From the NCBI GenBank assembly GCA_963761615.1, contig CAVXGU010000004.1:223537-287536 (forward strand): a stretch of DNA of 64,000 bases, in the 5' to 3' direction. The stretch comes from an uncultured Acidobacteriota bacterium (GTDB lineage Bacteria > Acidobacteriota > Vicinamibacteria > Vicinamibacterales > CAVVIG01). This document shows positions 18,339 to 31,486 of the stretch, piece after piece. The notes beneath the pieces are model-generated. The model was given only the letters and a program-made list of their open reading frames with translations, ran no database searches and had not been told where the DNA came from. The stretch's first letter is position 1; each line of letters starts with the position of its first letter. The translations under genes were made by a program, and so were the position numbers.

Positions 18339-18953
18339 TCACCGCGTCGCCGGCGCCGACAGGTACGCGTCCGACTGCGCCTGACTCCTGAGGGGCGTGA
18401 CCCGGTCCGGATCGATCCGGATCATCAGGTAGTTGATGTGGTCGTCGATCTTCGTGAACCAGTGGCCCGTCCCCGCCGGCACGACGACGACGTCTCCGGC
18501 CTTGATGTCGTACGCCACGCCGTCTCGAATGTCGGCCCCGTTGTTCCCGGGGCCGTTGAACTCGATGACCGTTCGCAGCGTCGAGGGGCGACGTTGGCGG
18601 TCGGTGATGTCCGGGCCGAGCACCAGCGTCGCCGAGCCGGAGATCACGTGGTACACCTCGCTGACGAGATCGTGTTCGGCCACCGAGTTCGGACGCGGAT
18701 GGTCCAGCTTCCCGCGGTAGACCATGCCGATCGCGACGTGAGCCTTCCCGATGTCGATATCTCGCACCTGCTGATCGACGAGCCGGTTCGCGATCGCCCT
18801 CTGCGTGTAGGCGTCCAGTTCTGCCTTCGGGACGACGGTCCCCGGACACATGCTGCAGGTCGGCTGGGGGTCGGTCGGGTTGATGCGCCCCTGCGCCGTC
18901 AACGCGACGGCCGCGATGAGGGCGGCTGCAACTGCCAGGACGGTGTGCTTCAT
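18339..18953 (-). CDS. secreted cupin-domain protein
   Basis: 204 aa starting at MKHTVLAVAAALIAAVALTAQG (signal peptide). Cupin motifs H.ISGSATLVLG and GDVVVVPAGTGHWF. ATG verified at 18951..18953. Confidence 0.7.
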   Translation of the reverse strand: MKHTVLAVAAALIAAVALTAQGRINPTDPQPTCSMCPGTVVPKAELDAYTQRAIANRLVDQQVRDIDIGKAHVAIGMVYRGKLDHPRPNSVAEHDLVSEVYHVISGSATLVLGPDITDRQRRPSTLRTVIEFNGPGNNGADIRDGVAYDIKAGDVVVVPAGTGHWFTKIDDHINYLMIRIDPDRVTPLRSQAQSDAYLSAPATR

Positions 18954-19094
18954 GAGTGGTCTCGCTCCGTTCGCGGGAGTGTACCGCAGCGGGCAGGCCG
19001 GCTCGATGCGGGGAAGCCAGGGGCCGCAAGAAGTTGTTCCGGGGCGCTCCCGTCGGGCACTAGAATCAGGGCCTTTCCGCGGACAGGAGGAGTC

Positions 19095-19700
19095 GTGAGC
19101 ACGCCGCGCGCGAATGGGCCCACCCCTGATTGGGTGATCGCCGAGATGCCACCCGGCTACCAGAACCGGGTCGCCGAGATCCAGCGCCTGTCGGACGAGC
19201 TCCGGGATCTGGAGCGGTTCGGTCGTCTGCTGTGGTGCGTGGGCGAGAACCTCACCGACGCCGTACGCAGCACCTTCGCGGCCTTCGGATTCGAGGCCGA
19301 GCCGCCGCCCGGATCTCCCGGCACGTCCCTCACCGTCAAACTGGATGGCGGGCGCCGCCTGCTGCTCGCCGTCTCGCCTGCCGACGGGGTCGTGCAGAAA
19401 AAGAGTCAGGCGGTCGCGGACGCCTTCCAGCTCGTCCGCGAGATCGCCGGGGGCGCCGATCGCGTCGCGCTCGTAGCCAACAGCGATCCGGACGTCCAGC
19501 CGGCCGATCGCCGCGAAGCGGCCAGTCCCGACGCGCTCGATCTCCTGAGCCGCCTGGGCGTGAACCTGGTGGCGGGGCAGACCGTGTTCGCGCTGTGGCG
19601 GCTCTCGCTCCAGGATCGGGATCGCGCCCGCGCGTACGCCGTGCGACTGCACGAGCAGGACGGCGGTGCGTTCGTGCTGCCGTCGACCGCACCGCGCTGA
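19095..19700 (+). CDS. hypothetical protein
   Basis: GTG at 19095 preceded by GGAGGAG. 201 aa with high GC3. A coiled-coil-like N-terminus (VAEIQRLSDELRDLERFGRLLW) is followed by an alpha/beta region. No family recognised. Confidence 0.55.
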   Translation: MSTPRANGPTPDWVIAEMPPGYQNRVAEIQRLSDELRDLERFGRLLWCVGENLTDAVRSTFAAFGFEAEPPPGSPGTSLTVKLDGGRRLLLAVSPADGVVQKKSQAVADAFQLVREIAGGADRVALVANSDPDVQPADRREAASPDALDLLSRLGVNLVAGQTVFALWRLSLQDRDRARAYAVRLHEQDGGAFVLPSTAPR

Positions 19701-19730
19701 GCCGTCCGGGTTCCTGGCGCCGGCGGGCCG

Positions 19731-21278
19731 CTACGGGCCCGCCGGCGGCCCGGCCTCCAGCCTGAACACTTCGAACTTGCCGGCGAGGTCAGGCGGCATG
19801 GGCGCGAGGGGATAGCGCGCGGCGAGATACGCGTGGAGCTCGGGTATCAGCGGCCGACAGACCACCGGGAAGACGAGGCCAACGGCCGGTCCGGACCACT
19901 CCTGCAAGTCGCTGAACACGAGATCGGCGAACGGTCCGTTCGCGCGCGAGGTGAAGTCCTCGATGCTCCAGATATCGACCCGAAGCGGCCGATCGCCGTA
20001 GAACCACACCTCCGGATCGTCGCCGCTGAAGGCCAGCATGGCGAGGTCGTCGGGGCCGGGCGCTGCGATCTGGATCGCCCGTCCCAGTTCCATCGCCGTG
20101 AACGGACCGGACGGCTGTTGGGGGGAGAGCTCGGCGTACGCCGAGACCGTCGTCCAGGCCGCGAACACGACGATCGCGACCGCCACCGCGCGCTGCGGCC
20201 AGCGCCACGGGCGACGATGTTCGAGCGCATCGAGTCCTTCGTCGATCAGGAGCGCGGCGGCGGCGGCGATGCCCGGGCTGAGCGGCCACCACCACCACTC
20301 GTGGTTGTAGACGCCCTGCCGGCTGATGGCCACGTGGACCAGTCCCCACGCCAGCAGCAGCCACGCGACCTGCGCGCCGGGATGCCTCCGGCGTGTCGTC
20401 ATCTGCCACACGATCCAGGCGGCGGCGGCGATCATGAGGGGCAGCGAGTGGCGGCGCACGTTGAACGTCCACGCGATCTGCAGCCACTGGCGCGCCGTGA
20501 ACGGCGCGGGGCCGAGCGCCGCGCGCCCCTTCACGAGCGGCAGCATCCAGGTCCAGGGGAGCGCCGCGGCCCACTTGATGTAGACGTACAGGAGCGCGAA
20601 CACCGCGCCCGCGAACAGGGTGAACGCGATCATCCAGGGCCAGCGCCGCCGGGGTTGCGTGAGCGCGAAGTGGGCGGCGAGCACCGGCACCAGCACGAAG
20701 CCCGGCCAGTCGCTGAGGCCCGCGAGCGCGACACACGCGAGGAGCCAGGCGAAGGACCGCGCGCACGGCCGGCGGTGAAAGGCGAGATAGCTGTAGACGG
20801 TGGCCAGTGCGAACAGCACCAGGGGCATCCCGGTGACCTCCGGCTGGCCTCCGAAGTACAGGGTCATCGGCATGGCGGCGAAGAGCGCCGCGGCCGTCAG
20901 CGCGGCGCGCGTCGTGCCGAATCGTTGCAGCAGGACGAAGAGGGCGAGCACCGACAGCACGGTGCAGATCGCGGTGGGCAGCCGCGTCTGCCACGGTCCG
21001 AACCCGAACATCCGGTACACCGGCGCGATGACGAGCGGCACGAGGGGCGAGTGATCGGCGTACCACACCGGCCTGACGCCCGGCCGCGAGCCGACGCTGA
21101 CGATCGGCATGCCGTGCGTCTCGGTCCACGGAACGCGCAGGTAGTTCCGCGCCATGATCCCGTAGAAGGCGCCCGTGGCCTCGTCGCCGTAGTCGAACGG
21201 GCGATCGAGGGTGGCGAGTCTGAACCCTCCGGCGCAGGTCAGGATGGCGAGGAGCAGCCACGCTCCGCGGCGGCGCAT
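19731..21278 (-). CDS. GT-C membrane glycosyltransferase (GT39/ArnT-like)
   Basis: 515 aa with about 11 TM segments and an early loop FDYGDE..GAFYG.MARNY. The C-terminal domain is soluble. Confidence 0.75.
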   Translation of the reverse strand: MRRRGAWLLLAILTCAGGFRLATLDRPFDYGDEATGAFYGIMARNYLRVPWTETHGMPIVSVGSRPGVRPVWYADHSPLVPLVIAPVYRMFGFGPWQTRLPTAICTVLSVLALFVLLQRFGTTRAALTAAALFAAMPMTLYFGGQPEVTGMPLVLFALATVYSYLAFHRRPCARSFAWLLACVALAGLSDWPGFVLVPVLAAHFALTQPRRRWPWMIAFTLFAGAVFALLYVYIKWAAALPWTWMLPLVKGRAALGPAPFTARQWLQIAWTFNVRRHSLPLMIAAAAWIVWQMTTRRRHPGAQVAWLLLAWGLVHVAISRQGVYNHEWWWWPLSPGIAAAAALLIDEGLDALEHRRPWRWPQRAVAVAIVVFAAWTTVSAYAELSPQQPSGPFTAMELGRAIQIAAPGPDDLAMLAFSGDDPEVWFYGDRPLRVDIWSIEDFTSRANGPFADLVFSDLQEWSGPAVGLVFPVVCRPLIPELHAYLAARYPLAPMPPDLAGKFEVFRLEAGPPAGP

Positions 21279-21311
21279 CGGAAGGGTCTGTGACGCGAGC
21301 GGCGGGACTCG

Positions 21312-22312
21312 CTATGACTCGTCGATGCTGCGCCAGCCCTGCAGCATGAGCATGTAGTTCGCCCGCTCGTAGGCGTCGGGATCGGGGACCTTCGTGAAGT
21401 TCATGTTGCCCCGCATGACGTTCAGCGATTCCCACTCGTGCTCGGTCAGCCACGCCTCGAGATCGTTCAGCACCGTCCGCACGTGTCCGGGCCCCCGCAG
21501 CAGGAGGGCCGAGACCATCTGCGTCACGTGCGCGCCGGCCATCGTCGCCTTCACCACGTCGAGCGCCGTGTGGACGCCGCCGCTGACCGCGAGCGACGCG
21601 CGCACGCGGCCCGACAGAATCGCGGTCCAGTGCAGGCGCAGCAGCAGCTCGGACGAGTCCGAGAGGTGGAGCGAGCGCGTCGCGGTCAGCTCCTCGACGT
21701 CGATGTCCGGCTGGTAGAACCGGTTGAAGAGCACGAGCCCGTCGACGTGGGCCCGATCGATCTCGCGGGCGGTGTGCGCGAAGGCCGTGTAGAACGGGGA
21801 GAGCTTGACCGCCACCGGAATCGTGACCGACTCGCGCACCGACTTCACCGTCGTGATCGACGCGCGCTCGATCGCGGCGCCGTCGAGGCCCGGATCCGTG
21901 GAGACGTGATACAGGTTCAGCTCGAGGGCGCTGGCGCCGGCCTCGGCCATCAGTTGCGCGTACTCGATCCAGCCGCCGGGCGTGGATCCGTTCAGCGAGG
22001 CGATGACGGGAATGCCGACGGCGTGCTTCACCTTCCGCAGGTGTTCCAGGTACTGGTGCGGGCCCAGGGCGAACGCGCGCGGGCTCGGGAAGAAGCTCGC
22101 GGCCTCGGCGAACGACTCGCCGTGTCCGTCGAGATAGACGAACTCGGCCATCTGCTCGCGCGAAATCTGCTCCTCGAACAGCGAGCGCAGGACGATGGCG
22201 GCGGCGCCCGCGTCTTCGAGACGCCTGACGGTATCGAGGTCGTCGGACAGCGGCGAAGCGCCGACGACGAGCGGATTGGACAGCGTCATGCCGAGATATT
22301 CAGTCGTGAGCG

Positions 22313-22316
<4 letters not shown>
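21312..22316 (-). CDS. dihydroorotate dehydrogenase-like protein (PFOR-associated)
   Basis: 334 aa starting at MTLTTEYLGMTLSNPLVVGASPLS. TIM-barrel DHOD-like pattern (IASLNG, VKLSP, NRF). Its start overlaps the nifJ stop by 4 nt. Confidence 0.85.
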
Positions 22317-25948
<3,632 letters not shown>

Positions 25949-26113
25949 GCGCGTCGTGGGACTCGCGCGGACATCCTACACCCGGCCGACGGGGCGATCC
26001 ACGCGCGTCCGCCCGCGCGTGGTAGCATCGAGCGACTGTCGACCGCAGATCACGCTGGAAGGACAGCGAGGCGCCGGCACGACGTCCTGACGAGGTTGCG
26101 GCTGGAGCCTGTG

Positions 26114-26560
26114 ATGCCGCGCGAAGAGCGGATGCGCCCGGACGTGCTGAAGGAATACCGGGGCGAGCACATCGTCGTCCTGTGGGAGCCCGCGTACTGC
26201 ATCCATGCCGCGAAGTGCCTGGACGCCGAGCCGGAGGTATTCGACGTCACGCGGCGACCGTGGATTCTCGTGGAGGCGGCGAGCGCCGACCGCATCGCCC
26301 AGGCCGTGATGCAGTGTCCGACCGGCGCCCTGCACGTTCGGCGCGTCGATGGCGGCGAGCAGGAACCCGTTCCAGAGCACACGACGGTCGAGCGGCAGCC
26401 GGACGGGCCGCTGTATCTGCGTGGCCGCCTGAAGTTCGTCGGCGCCGGAGGGGAGCCGATCCGCGAAGATACGCGCGCCGCGGTGTGTCGCTGCGGACGG
26501 ACGTCGAACGGGCCGTTTTGCGACGGGACGCACCGCAAGATCGGATTCCGGGCGCCCTGA
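26114..26560 (+). CDS. Fe-S protein: divergent 4Fe-4S mono-cluster domain fused to a CDGSH domain
   Basis: 148 aa. N-terminal half has C.H...C......F.......W.......I...V..CP.GAL. C-terminus CRCGRTSNGPFCDGTH matches the CDGSH [2Fe-2S] signature. ATG verified at 26114. Confidence 0.8.
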   Translation: MPREERMRPDVLKEYRGEHIVVLWEPAYCIHAAKCLDAEPEVFDVTRRPWILVEAASADRIAQAVMQCPTGALHVRRVDGGEQEPVPEHTTVERQPDGPLYLRGRLKFVGAGGEPIREDTRAAVCRCGRTSNGPFCDGTHRKIGFRAP

Positions 26561-26599
26561 GGGTGCCTCCGGTGTCAGTATTCGGGTGGAACGCTCCGG

Positions 26600-29500
26600 A
26601 TGCCTGAGCCGCCGTCGCCGCTCGACGCCGCCTCCTCGCCGCTCTGCTCGCTCGGCCTGTATGCGGGACGCGTCGCGGGGGCCGTCGTCGGACGGACCCG
26701 CGAGCTCGCCGCGGTCGACGAGGAGCTCGCCGCCGCCGAGCGCGGCCTCTCCTGCCTGACGCTCGAGGGCGAGCCCGGCATCGGCAAGACGCGCCTTCTG
26801 CTCGCCGTCGAATCGATGGCCCGCACGCACGGCTTCGTGTCGATGGCGGTCACGGCCGACGAGGAGATCCGCGGGCCGTTCCTCCTCGCACGCAGCATCT
26901 TTGCCTGCCCCGGGATCGCCGAGGGGCTGTCGGCCGACGCCGCGCAGGCGCTCGAACGGATCGCACACGTCCTGGCGAACCCCGAGGACCCCGGCCTGGC
27001 GAGTCTCCCGCCCGATCGGAAGCTCCTGCGCATCTTCGACCTGGCGGGAGCGGCGTTCCGTCTGATCGCCGCCGAGCATCCGGTCCTGTTGATCATCGAC
27101 GATCTGCAGTGGGTCGACGGAGACAGTCTGCGACTGCTGCGCTACGTGGCGCGCGCGGACGGCGCCAGCCGGATTCTGCTGGTGGTCGCGATCAGGCCGT
27201 CGGAGGTGGCGTTCGTCAACGAGGCGGTGACGCTACTCGCCGACCTCGAGCGCATGGGCCTCGTCCGGCGGCTGAAGCTCAAGCGCTTCACGCAGGCGCA
27301 GTCGGTGGAATTCCTGCAGCAGGCCTTCGGCGGACCGCTCGAGCCGGCCAGCGTCGCCGTCATGCACGCCCAGGCGGAGGGCCTGCCGTTCGTGCTGTCC
27401 GAACAGGCGCACGTCTATCGCGAGAACGGCCTCATCCGGCAGGTCGACGGGATCTGGCGCCTGGCGCCCAACGCGGAGCGCCTGCTGCCGTCGGCCGTGC
27501 GAACGCTCATCGATCGGCGGGCCGTGCACCTCCCCGACGCCGCGAGAGCGATCCTCGCCGAGGCGGGCGTCCTCGGACGCACATTCAGCCTCCGCGACCT
27601 CGCGGACCTCCGGCTTCGCCTCGGCGAAGGAGGCGACGCCGACGCGCTCGCCGACGCGCTCCAGCCGGCCGTCGACGCCGGGTTGCTGGTCGAGCAGCCG
27701 CGCGAATCGCCCGCCGACTACAGCTTCACCCACGATCAGATCCGGGAGACCCTGGTCATCGGACTGCCGACGACTCGGCGGCGGGCGGTTCACGGTGCGA
27801 TCGTGGACATGCTGGTGGGCGACGGCGGCGAGCCGCCGAAAGGAAGCCTCTCGCTGCTCAGCCAGCACGCCCTCCTGGCGGGGCGAACCGCCTCGTGCCT
27901 GCGCTTCTCGATCGACGCGGCGCGCGCGGCGATCGAGGCCAAGGCCCCGGAGGAGGTGCTGAGCCTGGTTCGCCGGGCGCTGCCCGTGGCATCGGCTCCA
28001 CGGGACCGGGTGGCGCTGCTCTGCCTGCAGGACGACGCCCTGCAGATGCTCCGGCGCCAGGATCAACGGCTCGAGATCCTGTCGGAGCTCGGTGCGCTCG
28101 CCGACGCGCTCGCCGATGCCCACCTCGGGTTCGAGGTCCGGCTGCGCCGCGCGGGAGCGCTCCGCCTCTCGCACGACGAGGACGGCGCGGCCGAGATCTC
28201 GCGTCAGGTCCGGGAGTCGGCGTCGGCCCAGGGCGACGAGGCCGTGGAGCTGGCGGCGTGCATCGAGCTCGGTCAGGATCTGCTCCGGGTCGAGATGGGG
28301 GCGGGCTTCGCCCAGACGCCGACCGAGTCGGATCTGGACGGCGCCGAGGCGGCCTATCAGCGCGCCCTGGTGCTCGCCGAGCGCCGGCAGGACGATCCCA
28401 TGCTCGCCGCGACCAGTCGCGAGCTCGGCGTCATCGCGCTCTCGCGCCTTCGACAGTGGTTCGTGGGCGCGGTCGCGGCCGGGGAGCACATTTCGGTCAT
28501 GCGCCGGGTGGTGGCGGGTGAACCGCTGGACGACGTCCTGCGCACGCTGCCGGTCGGTCCGGAGCTGATGGCCAGAGCCAACGGCCACTTCGAGCGGGCG
28601 CTCGAGATCTTCGAGCGTCTGGGCGACCGCCAGGGCGCGATGGCCACCGTCATCGCCATGGCCCTGACGAGCTGGGCGCCGGAGGTTCACGTCACGGGCT
28701 CGGCCGCGCGCGTCGAGGACATCCGGCGCCTCGTGGAAAAGCTCAAGTCGTTCACCAAGGAGAGCGACCGCGCGCTCGCCGAGGCCCAGATGCTGTTCGG
28801 ATCCCACGTCTACGCGTTCGCCAAGGGGATTCCGGACGTCGCCCTGGCGAAGGGTGACGAAGCGTTCCGCGCGGCGCGCGCGGCCGGCGAGCGGGCAATC
28901 GAATTCGCGGCCGCCGGAGGCATGGCCCGCACGAACGCGCAGCTCGACCGGAAAGAAGAAGCCCGCCGATGGCTGGATCTGGCGGCGACGGTCGCCGCGG
29001 CCGCACCAACGCGGACGCGGGCCCGGCGCCTCGAGTTCTGGCGGGGCCTCGTCCTCGGGCGGGCCGGCGACGCCGACGGCGTGCAGCAGCATCTGACTCA
29101 CGCCGCGCGCATGGCCCTGGACGACGAGCGCCCCGCGGAACGATGCGAGGCGCTCGCCTGGCTGGCCTCGGAATCGGCGCGGCTCGGACGCGATCGGAAA
29201 GACGACGCCCTCCTCGCCGTCGCGGAGCAAGCCGCGCGGACGGTCCTGCAGGACGCGGCGGCGCTCCCCGGCCACGCCCCGTGGCGGCCGCAGGCCCACG
29301 CGGCCCTGGCCCGGGTGGCGCTGGTGAGGGGGGAGACCGACGCGGCGGCGGAAGCCGGCAGGCGCGCCCTCGCCGAGCTGGACACCGCGATGCGAGAGGA
29401 CATGAACCTGGACGTCCTGCTTCCGGCCGCCGAGGCGGTTCTCGTGGCGGGATCGGACGCGGAAGCCCGGGCGCTGCAGGAGCGTCTGCAGCTGCTGCTC

Positions 29501-29824
29501 AGGCTCCACGCCCAGCGAATCCTGAGCGACGACGTGCGGGGTGACTGGTTCAGGTTCGGGATCGGACGCGAGCTGGCCCTCCTCGCAGGGCCCGTCGTCG
29601 ACCCGGGCACCGACAGCCGGGAGCAGAAACAGACCGACCTTTCCGAGGAGGACGTCCAGCTCCTTCGGCTCGTCGTCGAAGGACGCACCAACAAGGAGAT
29701 CGCCAGGGAGATTGGCGCTCCGGAGCGGGTCGTGTCCCTGCGGCTGGCGGAGTTGTTCGTCAGAATCGGCGCGTCGTCCCGCGCGGGCGCGACGGTGACG
29801 GCGATCGCAGGAGGGATGGTCTAG
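26600..29824 (+). CDS. STAND/AAA ATPase - TPR-like - LuxR-type HTH transcriptional regulator
   Basis: 1074 aa. Walker A GEPGIGKT, Walker B LLIIDDLQWVD, a long helical repeat region, and a C-terminal LuxR HTH (LSEEDVQLLRLVVEGRTNKEIAREIG...V). Confidence 0.85.
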   Translation: MPEPPSPLDAASSPLCSLGLYAGRVAGAVVGRTRELAAVDEELAAAERGLSCLTLEGEPGIGKTRLLLAVESMARTHGFVSMAVTADEEIRGPFLLARSIFACPGIAEGLSADAAQALERIAHVLANPEDPGLASLPPDRKLLRIFDLAGAAFRLIAAEHPVLLIIDDLQWVDGDSLRLLRYVARADGASRILLVVAIRPSEVAFVNEAVTLLADLERMGLVRRLKLKRFTQAQSVEFLQQAFGGPLEPASVAVMHAQAEGLPFVLSEQAHVYRENGLIRQVDGIWRLAPNAERLLPSAVRTLIDRRAVHLPDAARAILAEAGVLGRTFSLRDLADLRLRLGEGGDADALADALQPAVDAGLLVEQPRESPADYSFTHDQIRETLVIGLPTTRRRAVHGAIVDMLVGDGGEPPKGSLSLLSQHALLAGRTASCLRFSIDAARAAIEAKAPEEVLSLVRRALPVASAPRDRVALLCLQDDALQMLRRQDQRLEILSELGALADALADAHLGFEVRLRRAGALRLSHDEDGAAEISRQVRESASAQGDEAVELAACIELGQDLLRVEMGAGFAQTPTESDLDGAEAAYQRALVLAERRQDDPMLAATSRELGVIALSRLRQWFVGAVAAGEHISVMRRVVAGEPLDDVLRTLPVGPELMARANGHFERALEIFERLGDRQGAMATVIAMALTSWAPEVHVTGSAARVEDIRRLVEKLKSFTKESDRALAEAQMLFGSHVYAFAKGIPDVALAKGDEAFRAARAAGERAIEFAAAGGMARTNAQLDRKEEARRWLDLAATVAAAAPTRTRARRLEFWRGLVLGRAGDADGVQQHLTHAARMALDDERPAERCEALAWLASESARLGRDRKDDALLAVAEQAARTVLQDAAALPGHAPWRPQAHAALARVALVRGETDAAAEAGRRALAELDTAMREDMNLDVLLPAAEAVLVAGSDAEARALQERLQLLLRLHAQRILSDDVRGDWFRFGIGRELALLAGPVVDPGTDSREQKQTDLSEEDVQLLRLVVEGRTNKEIAREIGAPERVVSLRLAELFVRIGASSRAGATVTAIAGGMV

Positions 29825-29826
29825 CC

Positions 29827-30561
29827 GTGCTTCAGGTTCGCATCGAACGCTCCCGCTGCATCGGGGCGGGCAACTGCATCACCATCGCGCCGACCGCGTT
29901 CGACTGGCTCGAGGGCGAGTTCTTCAAGGTGGCGCTCGTCGATGCCACGAGCGTCGACGAGGAGATCCTCAGGGAAGCCGCCCTGTCCTGTCCGACCCAG
30001 GCCATCGTGCTGGAGGACGTCGAAGAGCTGCTGCCCTGGCAGCTCCGCGCCAGGCAGACGGTCGGATCCGTCCGGGTCGCCGAGACGTTCATGTTCACGG
30101 ACATCGTGAAGTCGACCAACCTGGTCGAGGCGATCGGCGACGAGGCCTGGGACGCACTGCTGCGGTGGCACAACGAGACGCTGCGCGCCGTCTTCGTCGC
30201 GCACGACGGGACCGAGGTCGTCTCCACCGGCGATGGGTTCTTCGTCGAGTTCAAGACGGCCGATGCCGCGCTCGCCTGCGCCGTCGCCCTCCAGCGGGAG
30301 CTGGCGGAGCACCGGCGGGCCCAGGGCTTCTCGCCGCAGGTTCGCATCGGGATCCACACGGCCGATGCCACCAGAGTGGGGAGCAACTTCTCCGGGAAAG
30401 GCGTTCACGAAGCGGCGCGAATCGCGGCGCTGGCGGAGGGCGGCGAGATCCTCGCCAGCCGCCAGTCGATGACGCCGCGATTTACCGCCTCCGAGCCGCG
30501 CCAGGTCACCTTGAAAGGCATCGCCGACCCGGTGGAGGTCGTGACGGTCCAGTGGAAGTGA
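29827..30561 (+). CDS. ferredoxin domain fused to a class III nucleotidyl cyclase homology domain
   Basis: GTG start 2 nt after the LuxR stop. Residues 1-65 carry C11-x2-A-x2-C17...C-P (CIGAGNC...SCPTQAI), a single-cluster ferredoxin motif. Residues 85-244 carry the cyclase motifs FMFTDIVKST, TGDGFFVEF, RIGIHT and GVHEAARIA. Confidence 0.8.
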   Translation: MLQVRIERSRCIGAGNCITIAPTAFDWLEGEFFKVALVDATSVDEEILREAALSCPTQAIVLEDVEELLPWQLRARQTVGSVRVAETFMFTDIVKSTNLVEAIGDEAWDALLRWHNETLRAVFVAHDGTEVVSTGDGFFVEFKTADAALACAVALQRELAEHRRAQGFSPQVRIGIHTADATRVGSNFSGKGVHEAARIAALAEGGEILASRQSMTPRFTASEPRQVTLKGIADPVEVVTVQWK

Positions 30562-31280
30562 GTCTGGACCTCCTGTTCCTCGGCACGGGCAACGCGACGT
30601 CCCATGACGGACGGGCGACCAGCGGCTTCGTCGTCGACGGCCGGTATCTGTTCGACGCAGGGGCGGCGACGCTCCAGCAGCTGAAGAAGGCACGCGTGGA
30701 TCCGGCCGGCCTGCAGGCGGTCCTGATCACCCACTTCCACGCCGATCACTTCTTCGGGCTGCCGTTCCTGCTCCTGGAGTACTGGATCGCCGGCCGCGAG
30801 GAGGACCTGCAGATCGTCGGCCCGCCGGGCATCGAAGCCAGGACCGAGCACCTGCTGGATCTCGCCTTCCCCGGGCTGCCCCGGCGCGCGCGGGAGTACC
30901 GCCGGCGCTACACCGAGGTGGCCGATGGCGCGAGCGGCGAGGTGGCGGGGCTGCCGTTCGAGGCCTTCGAGGTCGAGCACGTGTCATCGCTGCGCTGCTT
31001 CGCCTATCGCGCCCGGATCGGCGGGCGCACGCTCGCGTACTCGGGCGATTCCGTGATGTGTCGCGGGTTGCTGAACGTGGTCGCCGGCGCCGACGTGGTG
31101 GTGCTCAACTGCTCGCAGCGCGGCGACCCGGTGCATCTCGCGGTCGAAGACGTCCCGGCCGTGGTCGTGCACGCACGCGCCGAGGCAAGAACGATTCTGA
31201 GCCACGTCGACGGGCCCATCGCCGCCGCGCGCGACGCGCGTGCGCTGGTGGCCTCCGATCTGGACCGTCTTCGCGTGTAG
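30558..31280 (+). CDS. MBL-fold metallo-hydrolase
   Basis: The GTG at 30558 overlaps the cyclase stop (GTGA). Pattern LLFLGTGNA...DAG then ITHFHADH (HxHxDH). 240 aa. Confidence 0.75.
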   Translation: MSLDLLFLGTGNATSHDGRATSGFVVDGRYLFDAGAATLQQLKKARVDPAGLQAVLITHFHADHFFGLPFLLLEYWIAGREEDLQIVGPPGIEARTEHLLDLAFPGLPRRAREYRRRYTEVADGASGEVAGLPFEAFEVEHVSSLRCFAYRARIGGRTLAYSGDSVMCRGLLNVVAGADVVVLNCSQRGDPVHLAVEDVPAVVVHARAEARTILSHVDGPIAAARDARALVASDLDRLRV

Positions 31281-31332
31281 AGCGACTCTGGCGGCAGGTG
31301 CGCCGATGCACGTATCCTAGTCGCGATGCAGC

Positions 31333-31415
31333 GCGGACCTTCAGGTCCGCTAGCGGACCTGGTGGTGTAGTGCGGACCTTCAGGTCCGCAACGAACGGCA
31401 GGCCTGAAGGCCTGC
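31333..31415. repeat. cluster of three REP-like hairpins
   Basis: GCGGACC-TTCA-GGTCCGC occurs at 31333..31350 and 31372..31389. GCAGGCC-TGAA-GGCCTGC occurs at 31398..31415. All have perfect 7-bp stems and 4-nt loops, and all lie in the intergenic gap after the MBL stop. Confidence 0.85.
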
Positions 31416-31486
31416 GCTACGTACGTCAATCGAAGCGCATCCGATTCGAAGCCGGTCCGGCGGCAACGGTCGGCCAGGGAGGGATC

